Origin: Vicingaceae bacterium | GTDB lineage: Bacteria > Bacteroidota > Bacteroidia > Flavobacteriales_E > Vicingaceae | Direction of reading: 5' to 3' | Length of the DNA: 55,824 bases | Assembly: GCA_049608005.1 (NCBI GenBank) | Contig: JBMYXB010000001.1 | Span: 1-55,824 of the forward strand | In this document: positions 1 to 8,377 of the stretch, piece by piece | Layout: the number at the start of each line of letters is the position of its first letter | How positions within the stretch are numbered: position 1 is the first letter of the stretch | The notes under the pieces: generated by a model | Database searches by the model: none | What the model was told of the DNA's origin: nothing | Seen by the model: only the letters and a program-made list of their open reading frames with translations | Translations under genes and position numbers: made by a program

Positions 1-91
1 AATTACATTCAACGCTATTCTATGTCATGTTTTAATGTGATATAAAATGTTGTTAAGCGAAATTACCGTTTTTATAGGAGAAAGTCAAGTA

Positions 92-895
92 CTAATTAAA
101 ATACTCTTTTTGCCAAAGTGCAGCTATATCCATAGTTATGGCAACAGAATAGTGGATGGCAACTCCTAGCCAAATAGAACGACTTTTTAAACTTAAAGCT
201 CCTAAAATTATACCTGCAAAAATGGCTCCCAAGGTTTCGGGCATTGGTTTCTGAAAATGAATCATCACGTAAGGAATCATCATCACAAAAACGGCATAAA
301 AACCAAAGCGTTTTTTTATTCCGTGTATCATAAACCCTCTAAAAAAGAATTCTAACGCAAAGAATTGAACTAAATATAAAACTTGCCAAATAATAAAATT
401 AGGCCATAAACTTTCTTCGTTAGGATTATAAAAAGGGTATTTATGTTGAAAGCTTTCTGTTGTAGAAACCATTAAGATTAATGGAATCATAAACAAAAAG
501 AAGATGACATAAATCTTATAATTTCCAAAAAAACCTTTTGGTGATAAACCATAATCACTTAGTTTATCTTTAAAAAACACTTTAATAATAAGTAATGGAA
601 TTATAAAATAAAAGGTTATGAGTATGCTAACCCAGTAAGTGAGCCGAAACAACCTTGCATTAGGAAAGTGAGCTTGCAGGGAAGAAATAAATGTTGAAAA
701 TTCGCTTAAACCGATACTTTTTAAGAAAGAAATTAAGAATTGAAAATTTCCGAAATACTCGATAAATACTAGAGAAAAGATAACTGTAAAAAGTATAAGA
801 AGTACCTTTTTATCTAAATTTTTGGTGGTATATTTTTCATTTTCTACCTGCTTAAAAGTATTTACAAAAATGGTATTCCAAATGCTATGCAACAT
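92..895 (-). CDS. CPBP family intramembrane metalloprotease (CAAX-protease-like)
   Basis: 267-aa polytopic membrane ORF. It has an ALEFFFRGF motif (E-x3-R type), plus later MIHF and AIHYSVAITMD His motifs typical of the CPBP/Abi family. Its start overlaps the stop of the upstream gene by 1 nt (TAATG on the minus strand). Confidence 0.65.
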   Translation of the reverse strand: MLHSIWNTIFVNTFKQVENEKYTTKNLDKKVLLILFTVIFSLVFIEYFGNFQFLISFLKSIGLSEFSTFISSLQAHFPNARLFRLTYWVSILITFYFIIPLLIIKVFFKDKLSDYGLSPKGFFGNYKIYVIFFLFMIPLILMVSTTESFQHKYPFYNPNEESLWPNFIIWQVLYLVQFFALEFFFRGFMIHGIKKRFGFYAVFVMMIPYVMIHFQKPMPETLGAIFAGIILGALSLKSRSIWLGVAIHYSVAITMDIAALWQKEYFN

Positions 896-1314
896 TAACT
901 GGTATGGTCAATAGTTATGACCCAATTGCCGTTTATTTTTTTCCAATACAAATCAAAATAACCGTTAGGGTTGTCATTTGCTCTAATTAAACTCCATTTT
1001 CCGAGCATAAAAGCAGAAGAGCCGTTTACTTCTAGTTGAATAATATCAAACTCTAACTTTCCCATTGCAGCTTTATCAGGGTACGATTTTTTGTAATTAT
1101 CTAAGGTTGTTTTCCAGCCATATTTAATACCGTTTTTGCCAACAAATTTTAAAGAATCTGATTGCCAATAACCTTCCATAAAACCATCAATGTTACCATT
1201 GCTCCATGCTTTTTCTTGCATGTTCATTACTTGCATTATGGCATTTTTATCGGTGTTATTGTTGTTGCACGAAAAAAAAGTAATGATGGTAATTATTGCA
1301 ATGAGGTGTTTCAT
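895..1314 (-). CDS. SnoaL/DUF4440-like (NTF2 fold) lipoprotein
   Basis: 139 aa with a lipoprotein-type signal ending FFSC. Size and the W/Y-rich pattern (EKAWSNGNIDGF...GNWVIT) resemble NTF2-like DUF4440 proteins. The family call is by recognition only. Confidence 0.45.
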   Translation of the reverse strand: MKHLIAIITIITFFSCNNNNTDKNAIMQVMNMQEKAWSNGNIDGFMEGYWQSDSLKFVGKNGIKYGWKTTLDNYKKSYPDKAAMGKLEFDIIQLEVNGSSAFMLGKWSLIRANDNPNGYFDLYWKKINGNWVITIDHTS

Positions 1315-1337
1315 AAGTTAAAGACTGTTTAAATAAT

Positions 1338-2843
1338 TTATCGTTTTACAGAAATGTTTTTTGCACATTGTTTGATAAATTGAATGCTCTTTTCCATTAA
1401 AGGGTGCATTTCAACATCATCCGTAACAAACGGAACGTGTTTGCGGTATTCAGTAATAAATTCGGTAATCACTAACGATGATTTTAAAGGTTTTCTAAAT
1501 TCTAAACCTTGAGCAGCATTCATTAATTCAACGCCCATAATTTTTTCTAAATTATCAACGATACGGTAAACTTTGGTAGCAGCATTTGCTCCCATACTCA
1601 CATGGTCTTCTTGTCCGTTGGAAGAATCAATGGTATCAACAGAGCAAGGCGTACATAATTGTTTGTTTTGACTTACCACCGATGCTTGGGCATATTGTGG
1701 AATCATAAAACCACTATTTAAACCAGGGTTAGCTACTAAAAATGCAGGTAAACCTCTTTCTCCACCAATTAATTTATAGGTTCTTCGTTCAGAAATACTT
1801 CCTAATTCTGCTACAGCTATCCCTAAATAATCTAAGGAAATTGCTAAAGGTTGACCATGGAAATTTCCTGCAGAAATAATTTCATCTGCATCTGGAAAAA
1901 TAGTTGGATTGTCTGTTACAGCATTAATTTCTTTTTCGAAAACACTTTGTACATGAGCAATGGCATCTTTACTAGCTCCGTGCACTTGTGGCGAACATCT
2001 AAAAGAATAGGGATCTTGTACGTGTGCTTTTTCTTGTGCAATAATTTCACTACCTTCTAGTGCCATTTGTATGTTTCGGGCAGTAATTAATTGTCCGTCA
2101 TGAGGTCTAACTTTGTGTACTAAATCATTAAAAGGAGAAATTCTACCATCATAAGCATCAATAGAAATTGCAGTAACTAAATCAGTTAACGTGCTTAATT
2201 TTTTAGCTCTTAGTAAAGAATGAATTCCGTAAGCACTCATAAATTGCGTACCGTTTAGTAAGGCTAAACCTTCTTTAGATTGCAACTGAATTTCTTCCCA
2301 ATTCATTAATTTGTTGAGTTCAGCACCAGAAATTCGATTTCCTTTGTAGTTCACTTCTCCTAATCCTAAAATGGGTAAAACTAAATGGGCTAGGGGAGCT
2401 AAATCGCCCGAAGCACCTAACGAACCTTGTTGGTAAACAACAGGAAAAACATTGTTGTTGTAAAAATCAATTAACCGTTGTATGGTTTTTAATTGTACGC
2501 CAGAATGACCATAACTTAAACCTTGTATTTTTAACAATAACATCAGTTTTATAACCTCTTGCGGAACTTCTTCTCCCATACCACAAGCGTGCGACATAAC
2601 AAGATTACGTTGTAGTTTTTCTAAATCTTCATTAGAAATTTCTGTATTGCATAAAGAACCAAATCCGGTGTTTATTCCGTAAATGGGTTTATCATTATTC
2701 AACATTTTATTATCTAAATAATTTCTACATTTTACCACAAGTGCTGTTGCTTCTTGCGAAAGTTCAAGTTGTACTTCGCTTGCAATAATGTTGTCAATTA
2801 TTTCTAATGTTAACCAGTTTTTGTTGATGCTGTGTACTGCCAT
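1338..2843 (-). CDS. hutH: histidine ammonia-lyase
   Basis: 501 aa. The MIO-forming Ala-Ser-Gly triad sits in GSLGASGDLAPLAHL. NLVMSHACG (Ser-His selectivity pair) and NGQEDHVSMG are typical of histidine-specific ammonia-lyases rather than Tyr/Phe-specific ones. Confidence 0.9.
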   Translation of the reverse strand: MAVHSINKNWLTLEIIDNIIASEVQLELSQEATALVVKCRNYLDNKMLNNDKPIYGINTGFGSLCNTEISNEDLEKLQRNLVMSHACGMGEEVPQEVIKLMLLLKIQGLSYGHSGVQLKTIQRLIDFYNNNVFPVVYQQGSLGASGDLAPLAHLVLPILGLGEVNYKGNRISGAELNKLMNWEEIQLQSKEGLALLNGTQFMSAYGIHSLLRAKKLSTLTDLVTAISIDAYDGRISPFNDLVHKVRPHDGQLITARNIQMALEGSEIIAQEKAHVQDPYSFRCSPQVHGASKDAIAHVQSVFEKEINAVTDNPTIFPDADEIISAGNFHGQPLAISLDYLGIAVAELGSISERRTYKLIGGERGLPAFLVANPGLNSGFMIPQYAQASVVSQNKQLCTPCSVDTIDSSNGQEDHVSMGANAATKVYRIVDNLEKIMGVELMNAAQGLEFRKPLKSSLVITEFITEYRKHVPFVTDDVEMHPLMEKSIQFIKQCAKNISVKR

Positions 2844-2986
2844 AATTTTTAAATTTTAGCATTGTAGGAACGAATCAATTTATCAGTTATCTTTTTTTGA
2901 AAACACTTCGACAGGCTCAGTGTGACAATATTGTGATAACCAATTCACAATGGGATTATTATTTTACTTTATTTATCAGTTTTACA

Positions 2987-3046
2987 CGTCATCCTGAACT
3001 TGTTTCAGGATCTGGTGTTAGATGCTGAAACAAGTTCAACATGACG
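2987..3046. repeat. REP-like imperfect palindrome (26-nt arms, 3 mismatches, 8-nt loop)
   Basis: cgtcatcctgaacttgtttcaggatc (2987-3012) pairs with gatgctgaaacaagttcaacatgacg (3021-3046). It lies in the 205-nt gap between the hisS 3' end and the hutH start. A second G/C-rich box, cttcgacaggctcagtgtgacaa, lies at 2907-2929. Confidence 0.7.
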
Positions 3047-3048
3047 GG

Positions 3049-4470
3049 TTATTTATTTTGAACTAAATTAATTAATTCTTTAATTGTTAAATTTTGTTGC
3101 TCTCCGCTTTCCATATTTTTAACGGTTAGTTTACCCGATTCCATTTCATCGCTACCCACCAAAACAACATACTTAATATCTTTGTTATTGGCAAAAGTCA
3201 TTTGTTTTTTCATTTTTGCTGCAGCTGGATATATTTCTGAATTGACACCTGCCTCTCTTAATTGAAAGAGTAGGGGTAAACAATAATCTTGTTCTTTTTC
3301 TCCAAAATTGATGAATAAAACTTGCGTTGAATCACCTTTAAATTCAGGATATAAATCGTTGTCTAGTAAAACATCATAAATACGATCTGCACCAAAAGAA
3401 ATTCCAACTCCCGAAACATCTTTTAAACCAAATTTGCCTGTTAAATCATCGTACCTTCCTCCACCGGTAATGCTCGGAAAGTTGTCTATTTTTACCTCTA
3501 TAATTGTTCCAGTATAATAACCTAAGCCACGAGCTAGCGTAGGATCAAATTTAATGTTGGCTGTTTTGATGCTTAGTTGTTGTAATTTTTCAAAAACAAA
3601 TTCTAGTTCTTCAATTCCTTTTTGACCGTTAATAGTGTTTCCAATCTGATTTCCTAAAGCGTTTATTAAATGAGCTTCTAATTTGATTTTAGGCATCTTA
3701 GGAAATTTTAATTCCGCATCTTTTCTTAATTCAAGAATAACAATTAAAGCGATTAGTTTATTGATACTCTCAATAGTTATATTTATTTTTTGTAATTCTT
3801 TAATAACGCCATCTTGTCCTATTTTATCCAATTTATCAATAGCAACAACAATAGCTTCAAAATTATCTTGTTCACCAACTGACTCTACAATTCCTGCTAA
3901 AATTTTTCTATTGTTAATAGAAACGGTATAACTCAGTTTTCCCTGAAATAATTCAGAAAAAACGTCATCAATAATTTTAATTAAATCTACTTCGTTTAAT
4001 AAAGAATCAGAACCAATAATATCTGCATCGCACTGGTAAAATTCACGGTATCTTCCTTTTTGTGGTCTGTCTGCTCGCCAAACGGGTTGTATCTGAAACC
4101 TCCTAAAAGGAAAGGTAATGTCGTTTTGATTTTGTACTACATAACGAGCAAATGGTACAGTTAAATCATAACGCAACGCTTTTTCGGCAATAGATTTTGT
4201 TAGTCCAGTAGAATTTTTTTCTTGTAATGCTTTTTCATCAGCTTTAGCTAAATAATCTCCACTATTTAAAACTTTAAAAATAAGTTTATCGCTTTCATCA
4301 CCACCTGTACCTATTAAGGTTTTTAGGTTTTCTACTGCTGGAGTTTCTATTTGTTGAAAGCCATATTTTTTATAAACTGTTTTAATCGTATCAAAAATAT
4401 AGTTTCTTCTTGCCATTTCTATTGGCGAAAAATCTCTTGTACCTTTAGGTATGCTAGGTTTGTTGCTCAT
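3049..4470 (-). CDS. hisS: histidine--tRNA ligase
   Basis: 473-aa class II aaRS. Motif 2 region is FRRFQIQPVWRADRPQKGRYREFYQCD. HisRS-type GGGRYD and GVGISFGADR elements and a C-terminal anticodon-binding domain are present. Confidence 0.92.
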   Translation of the reverse strand: MSNKPSIPKGTRDFSPIEMARRNYIFDTIKTVYKKYGFQQIETPAVENLKTLIGTGGDESDKLIFKVLNSGDYLAKADEKALQEKNSTGLTKSIAEKALRYDLTVPFARYVVQNQNDITFPFRRFQIQPVWRADRPQKGRYREFYQCDADIIGSDSLLNEVDLIKIIDDVFSELFQGKLSYTVSINNRKILAGIVESVGEQDNFEAIVVAIDKLDKIGQDGVIKELQKINITIESINKLIALIVILELRKDAELKFPKMPKIKLEAHLINALGNQIGNTINGQKGIEELEFVFEKLQQLSIKTANIKFDPTLARGLGYYTGTIIEVKIDNFPSITGGGRYDDLTGKFGLKDVSGVGISFGADRIYDVLLDNDLYPEFKGDSTQVLFINFGEKEQDYCLPLLFQLREAGVNSEIYPAAAKMKKQMTFANNKDIKYVVLVGSDEMESGKLTVKNMESGEQQNLTIKELINLVQNK

Positions 4471-4533
4471 TGTAATTTATTGAAACGCTAAATTAATAAT
4501 CTATTGGGTAAATAATCTTAATTTTAGTTTTTA

Positions 4534-5112
4534 ATGGACTTTAAAAATGCTAAAAAATATATTTTAGAACGGTTAGAGAAAGATTTAAGCCCTAACCTTT
4601 ACTATCATGGTGTTCATCATACTATTGATGTTTATGAATCTGCTATAAAAATTGCGGAGTTAGAAAATTTAGATGAAGATGAAAAAATGCTTGTGAAAAC
4701 AGCAGCGTTGTATCATGATACAGGTTTTTTATTTGAATACCATAACAATGAAAAATTAGCAATAAAATTAGTGAACCAAGTACTGCCAAAATTTTCTTAC
4801 AACAAAAAGCAATTACAAGTTATAAATGATATTATTAGTAGCACTCAATTAAAAGCAAAACCTAACAATTTACTTCAAAAAATAATGAACGATGCTGATT
4901 CGGATTATTTAGGTAGGAAAGATGTGGGTAAAATTGCCAATACGCTTTATGAGGAGTTAAAGTTGTATGGTGTAAATTATACTGCTGAAGAGTGGGTTAA
5001 AGTGCAACTAAATTTTTTAGAAAAACACCAGTACTATACAAAAATTGCTATAAAATTAAGAGAACCAGAAAAATTAGCTTATTGTAATTACTTAAAAAGC
5101 CACTCGAAGTAA
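4534..5112 (+). CDS. HD-domain phosphohydrolase
   Basis: 192 aa with HD-superfamily ligand pattern: YYHGVHHTIDV, ALYHDTGF, NDADSDYLG. Confidence 0.7.
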   Translation: MDFKNAKKYILERLEKDLSPNLYYHGVHHTIDVYESAIKIAELENLDEDEKMLVKTAALYHDTGFLFEYHNNEKLAIKLVNQVLPKFSYNKKQLQVINDIISSTQLKAKPNNLLQKIMNDADSDYLGRKDVGKIANTLYEELKLYGVNYTAEEWVKVQLNFLEKHQYYTKIAIKLREPEKLAYCNYLKSHSK

Positions 5113-5129
5113 ATTCGAGTGGCTTTTTT
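5099..5129. terminator. bidirectional rho-independent terminator
   Basis: The stem gccactcgaa (5099-5108) / ttcgagtggc (5114-5123) has a 5-nt loop that contains the stop codon. An A-run precedes it and a T6 run (5124-5129) follows. It lies between the convergent genes 4534..5112(+) and 5155..5778(-). Confidence 0.75.
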
Positions 5130-5154
5130 GTAATTTCCGTATTTTTTCAATTTT

Positions 5155-5778
5155 TTAACTTTCAATAACTTCTTGTGTTTGGTTCTCTCCAGCTAAAACT
5201 TTACCTGTAAATGCGGGGTAAGTATCGCTCATGTTACCCATAAAAAGTCCTAATCTCATAAACCATCTAAACGTGCCAACCACAAAGTCGAACATTCCTT
5301 TGGGGTATTTACCAGTAAACAAAACAGCCCACCATGCAATAAAAACAACTACGTAAACTCCAATAATTCTAAAGTAAAGAATAAATATGTGAGGAATTAG
5401 CACATAAAAAAAGCCAAAAAATGCTTTTAGTAACAAATTACCTCTACTAAGACTTTCAGGGTATTCCATTTCAAATGTTACGCTATCATCTTTGGCATCA
5501 AGACCAAAAGCAGGGTAACCATCAGATAGGTTTAGCAATCGGGCATTAACCCTTAGCTCCCAAAGTCTAAACTTTACCTGAAACTCAAACATTCCTTTGG
5601 GGTATTTACCAGTAAAAAGAATTGCCCAAAAAGCAATAAAACCCATAACCATTGAGGCTATAGCTAAAAAGAATAATACAAACATGTGAGGTATTAAAAT
5701 GTAAAAGACTCCGAAAAAAGATCTCAATAATAATTCTCCTCTAGAATAAGTTTCTTGGCGTTTAATGTCAAAATTCAT
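5155..5778 (-). CDS. DUF4389-like membrane protein (internally duplicated)
   Basis: 207 aa made of two ~95-aa modules. Each module has two hydrophobic helices plus FTGKYPKGMF(E/D)F and (G/T)YPAF motifs. Confidence 0.6.
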   Translation of the reverse strand: MNFDIKRQETYSRGELLLRSFFGVFYILIPHMFVLFFLAIASMVMGFIAFWAILFTGKYPKGMFEFQVKFRLWELRVNARLLNLSDGYPAFGLDAKDDSVTFEMEYPESLSRGNLLLKAFFGFFYVLIPHIFILYFRIIGVYVVVFIAWWAVLFTGKYPKGMFDFVVGTFRWFMRLGLFMGNMSDTYPAFTGKVLAGENQTQEVIES

Positions 5779-5810
5779 AGTTTAAAAATTTAGTTAGGTT
5801 AGTAGTAATT

Positions 5811-5844
5811 GAAAAAAAGCTCCGAATAACTGATTCGGAGCTTT
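5811..5844 (-). terminator. rho-independent terminator of the 5862..6275 gene
   Basis: 12-bp stem aaagctccgaat (5816-5827) / attcggagcttt (5833-5844) with a 5-nt loop. On the minus strand a T-run follows it (complement of gaaaaaaa at 5811-5818). Confidence 0.75.
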
Positions 5845-5861
5845 TATGAAAAGTAGCTTTT

Positions 5862-6275
5862 TTAAGCCATGTGTTTTACATTTAAATAGTAAAGAACAAT
5901 AAATAAAACAGGAATTATAGCACCTATTACTCCAAATGACATCCCGAATATTAACGGAAGAATAATAGCTATTACATTGGCTCCGGCATAAATAAAAAAT
6001 CCTTGTTTTTTTAATTTCCACATTTGTAATGCTCCAAATAATGAGGCTGCTGCTAAAAGTGTTCCAATTGCAAAATAAGCAGTTCCGCCTCCCATTGCTG
6101 CATCCATTCCAGGGATTGATTCCATTAAAGCGCCCATTCCTAAAGTCATTAGCAGACCTCCTAATAGCCCAATGCCACTTCCTATAAAAGTTAAAACACA
6201 AAGTACTGTTAAAAAAGTAGGTCTTTTTCCTGCTCCTGCAGATGATCCTGTTGATTCTGTAGTTTCTTCACTCAT
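5862..6275 (-). CDS. small Gly/Ala-rich integral membrane protein, unknown function
   Basis: 137 aa with a polar N-terminus followed by about four hydrophobic helices. A clean terminator follows. I prefer it over the overlapping 5794..6201 frame, which reads as Cys/Asn/Arg-rich nonsense. Confidence 0.55.
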   Translation of the reverse strand: MSEETTESTGSSAGAGKRPTFLTVLCVLTFIGSGIGLLGGLLMTLGMGALMESIPGMDAAMGGGTAYFAIGTLLAAASLFGALQMWKLKKQGFFIYAGANVIAIILPLIFGMSFGVIGAIIPVLFIVLYYLNVKHMA

Positions 6276-6586
6276 AATTTAAAAATTTAGTTAATTGTAT
6301 AATTAGTTGATGACCAATATATAAAGATATTTTTAATATCCAAAATTTAGAAGTTAGCTACTTGTTAACATTACTGTTTGTTGTGTAGAATGATTGATTG
6401 ATTTTTAACCGATAATAAAGGAATTTTTTAAATATTGTTGAGTGTTAATAAGTTTACTAACTTAGGTTCGGTTTAATATTTATTTGTAAAATATTTAACT
6501 TATTGATTACGACATTGTTACATTCTTTGTTTTTATTGGTCTTTATGTCGAACTCAGCTTGCTATTTAAATTGGATGGGATAAAAA

Positions 6587-8293
6587 TTATTGGTGCCAAG
6601 CCTTAAAATTGTCAGATTCTTCATTTTGTTGGATAGTATAAGTTTTAAAATAAAGAGTAGTGCTTTTGGGTAGTTTTATTTTTTCAATAACCCCTAAAGC
6701 TCGTTTAACTGATAAAGCCATTTCTTCCGTTTTAAAGTATTCAGTCCATTCGGTTAAATTGTTGGTTATTTTAATTCCGTTAATTGCAATTAGTTCATCA
6801 TTAATAGATAAGCAATTTTCTTCCACAATAGAATTAGGATAAATGTTATCTACTAAACATTTGTTGTTTTCATAACGAACAGTAAAGCCTAAAAAAGCTT
6901 CGTTGTAATTTTTTGAAGGTTCAATTTTTAAATCGCAACCAATGTAGTTTAAGCTTTCTTGTAAAGCTGAAGTGTAGTCTTCTGTTCCATGTAAAAAGTT
7001 GTTGTAAATTTCATTGTAAGAAGTTCCTGCTACTTGCTCAACAATAGTTTTGTAATCTAAATCGGAAACACCTTTTCCTTTTTTAGCAAAATCTTGATAT
7101 AAGATTTTCATGACATCATTTAATGATTTTTTATTGTTGGTATTTTGTAAGATAAAAATATCTGTTATAAAAGCAATTAAGGCACCCTCAGTATAAATAG
7201 AACCTTTTCTTCCTGGAGCTCCTTTTACATAACCATCCAGCCAAGTGTCAAAAGAAGATTGTACAACAGAATAATTATTAACTCCAAAATTAGTGTAATG
7301 CCTGCTCAATAATTGATTAAACGTTTTAGCATATTGATCCCAATTAAAAACACCCGAAGAAAATAAATATTTATCTCCAAAATAAGTGGTAACTCCTTCG
7401 GTTAAATATCCTAATTCGGTATAGTTTTCTTTGAAGTAATTGTAAGGCAACATTTCTATTGGCCTAATTTTTTTTACATTCCAAGAGTGATATAATTCGT
7501 GAGCACTAACGCCTAACAATTCATTGTACCAGCCTTCTTTTTTCATCACATCATAAGATGGGCCTAAAGAAATTACTGTTGAGTTGTAATGCTCTACTCC
7601 ATGATAGGTTCTGTGTGTTAAAATCTGGAATAAAAAATGATAATCTTTAGTAGGAAAATCTCCAAAATCTTCAATTTGAGCTTTGCTAAATTTTCTAAAA
7701 TCATTTTCTAACAATTTCCAGTTGGGTTTACATTCTCCTTGAAACCATAAATGGAATTTTACACCACTTTCGTTATACGTATGGTGTTGTAAACTGTTGC
7801 TTGCAATTAAAGGAGAATCTACTAATTGATGAAAATCTGCACATTTAAATTGATGTTGAGTTATTTCTTTTAAACCAGAAGCCACTTTATAATCTTTAGG
7901 AATTATTAATTCCAATTCGCATTCTTCATTTATTCGTTCGGGTACATATAAAAAACAATTTACGCCATTTATATAAAGTTGTTTATCATCCAAGTAAGAA
8001 GATCCTGCATTAATCTCATTGGCAAAATAGTTATACTTTATATGTATAGTTGAGTTTCCTTTTGTTTCAACTTCCCATAAATCTTTGGTTATTTTTTTTG
8101 AAGAAAGAGGTTTTCCATTGGGATCAAAAGCTTCCCATTTTTGTATGTTTTTAGCAAAATTGGCTAATTCATATCTTCCTGGTCTCCACGCAGGTAGTTG
8201 AATTTCAATTTTTTCAGAATTTACGTTATCAATAATATATTCAATATCAATATAATGCGTGTTTGGTTTTTGATAAGAAACGATGTATTTCAT
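6587..8293 (-). CDS. M61 family (glycyl aminopeptidase-like) zinc metallopeptidase with C-terminal PDZ-like domain
   Basis: 568 aa with HExxH zinc site in SAHELYHSWNV. Length and the C-terminal ~90-aa PDZ-like segment (IYPNSIVEENCLSINDELIAINGIKI) fit the family. Confidence 0.75.
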   Translation of the reverse strand: MKYIVSYQKPNTHYIDIEYIIDNVNSEKIEIQLPAWRPGRYELANFAKNIQKWEAFDPNGKPLSSKKITKDLWEVETKGNSTIHIKYNYFANEINAGSSYLDDKQLYINGVNCFLYVPERINEECELELIIPKDYKVASGLKEITQHQFKCADFHQLVDSPLIASNSLQHHTYNESGVKFHLWFQGECKPNWKLLENDFRKFSKAQIEDFGDFPTKDYHFLFQILTHRTYHGVEHYNSTVISLGPSYDVMKKEGWYNELLGVSAHELYHSWNVKKIRPIEMLPYNYFKENYTELGYLTEGVTTYFGDKYLFSSGVFNWDQYAKTFNQLLSRHYTNFGVNNYSVVQSSFDTWLDGYVKGAPGRKGSIYTEGALIAFITDIFILQNTNNKKSLNDVMKILYQDFAKKGKGVSDLDYKTIVEQVAGTSYNEIYNNFLHGTEDYTSALQESLNYIGCDLKIEPSKNYNEAFLGFTVRYENNKCLVDNIYPNSIVEENCLSINDELIAINGIKITNNLTEWTEYFKTEEMALSVKRALGVIEKIKLPKSTTLYFKTYTIQQNEESDNFKAWHQ

Positions 8294-8377
8294 GTAGTCA
8301 GATTAAAGTTAGAAAGTTAAAAGTAGAAAGTATTGTTTAATCAGGTTGTTTAAAACGAAAAGAAATTATTTTAAACA

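Noticed and set aside
1338-2843. Ammonia-lyase as a tyrosine ammonia-lyase for flexirubin-type pigment synthesis instead of HutH
   Set aside because: The selectivity position reads Ser-His (MSHACG), as in histidine ammonia-lyases, not His-Leu or Phe-Leu. No polyketide or flexirubin genes are adjacent. The absence of hutU and hutI in the window is noted but not informative.
5794-6201. 135-aa ORF overlapping the 5862..6275 membrane-protein gene in another frame
   Set aside because: Its translation is Cys/Asn/Arg/Trp-rich with no coherent features. Its 3' end also reads through the terminator hairpin at 5811-5844. The 5862..6275 frame encodes clean TM helices and ends just before that terminator.
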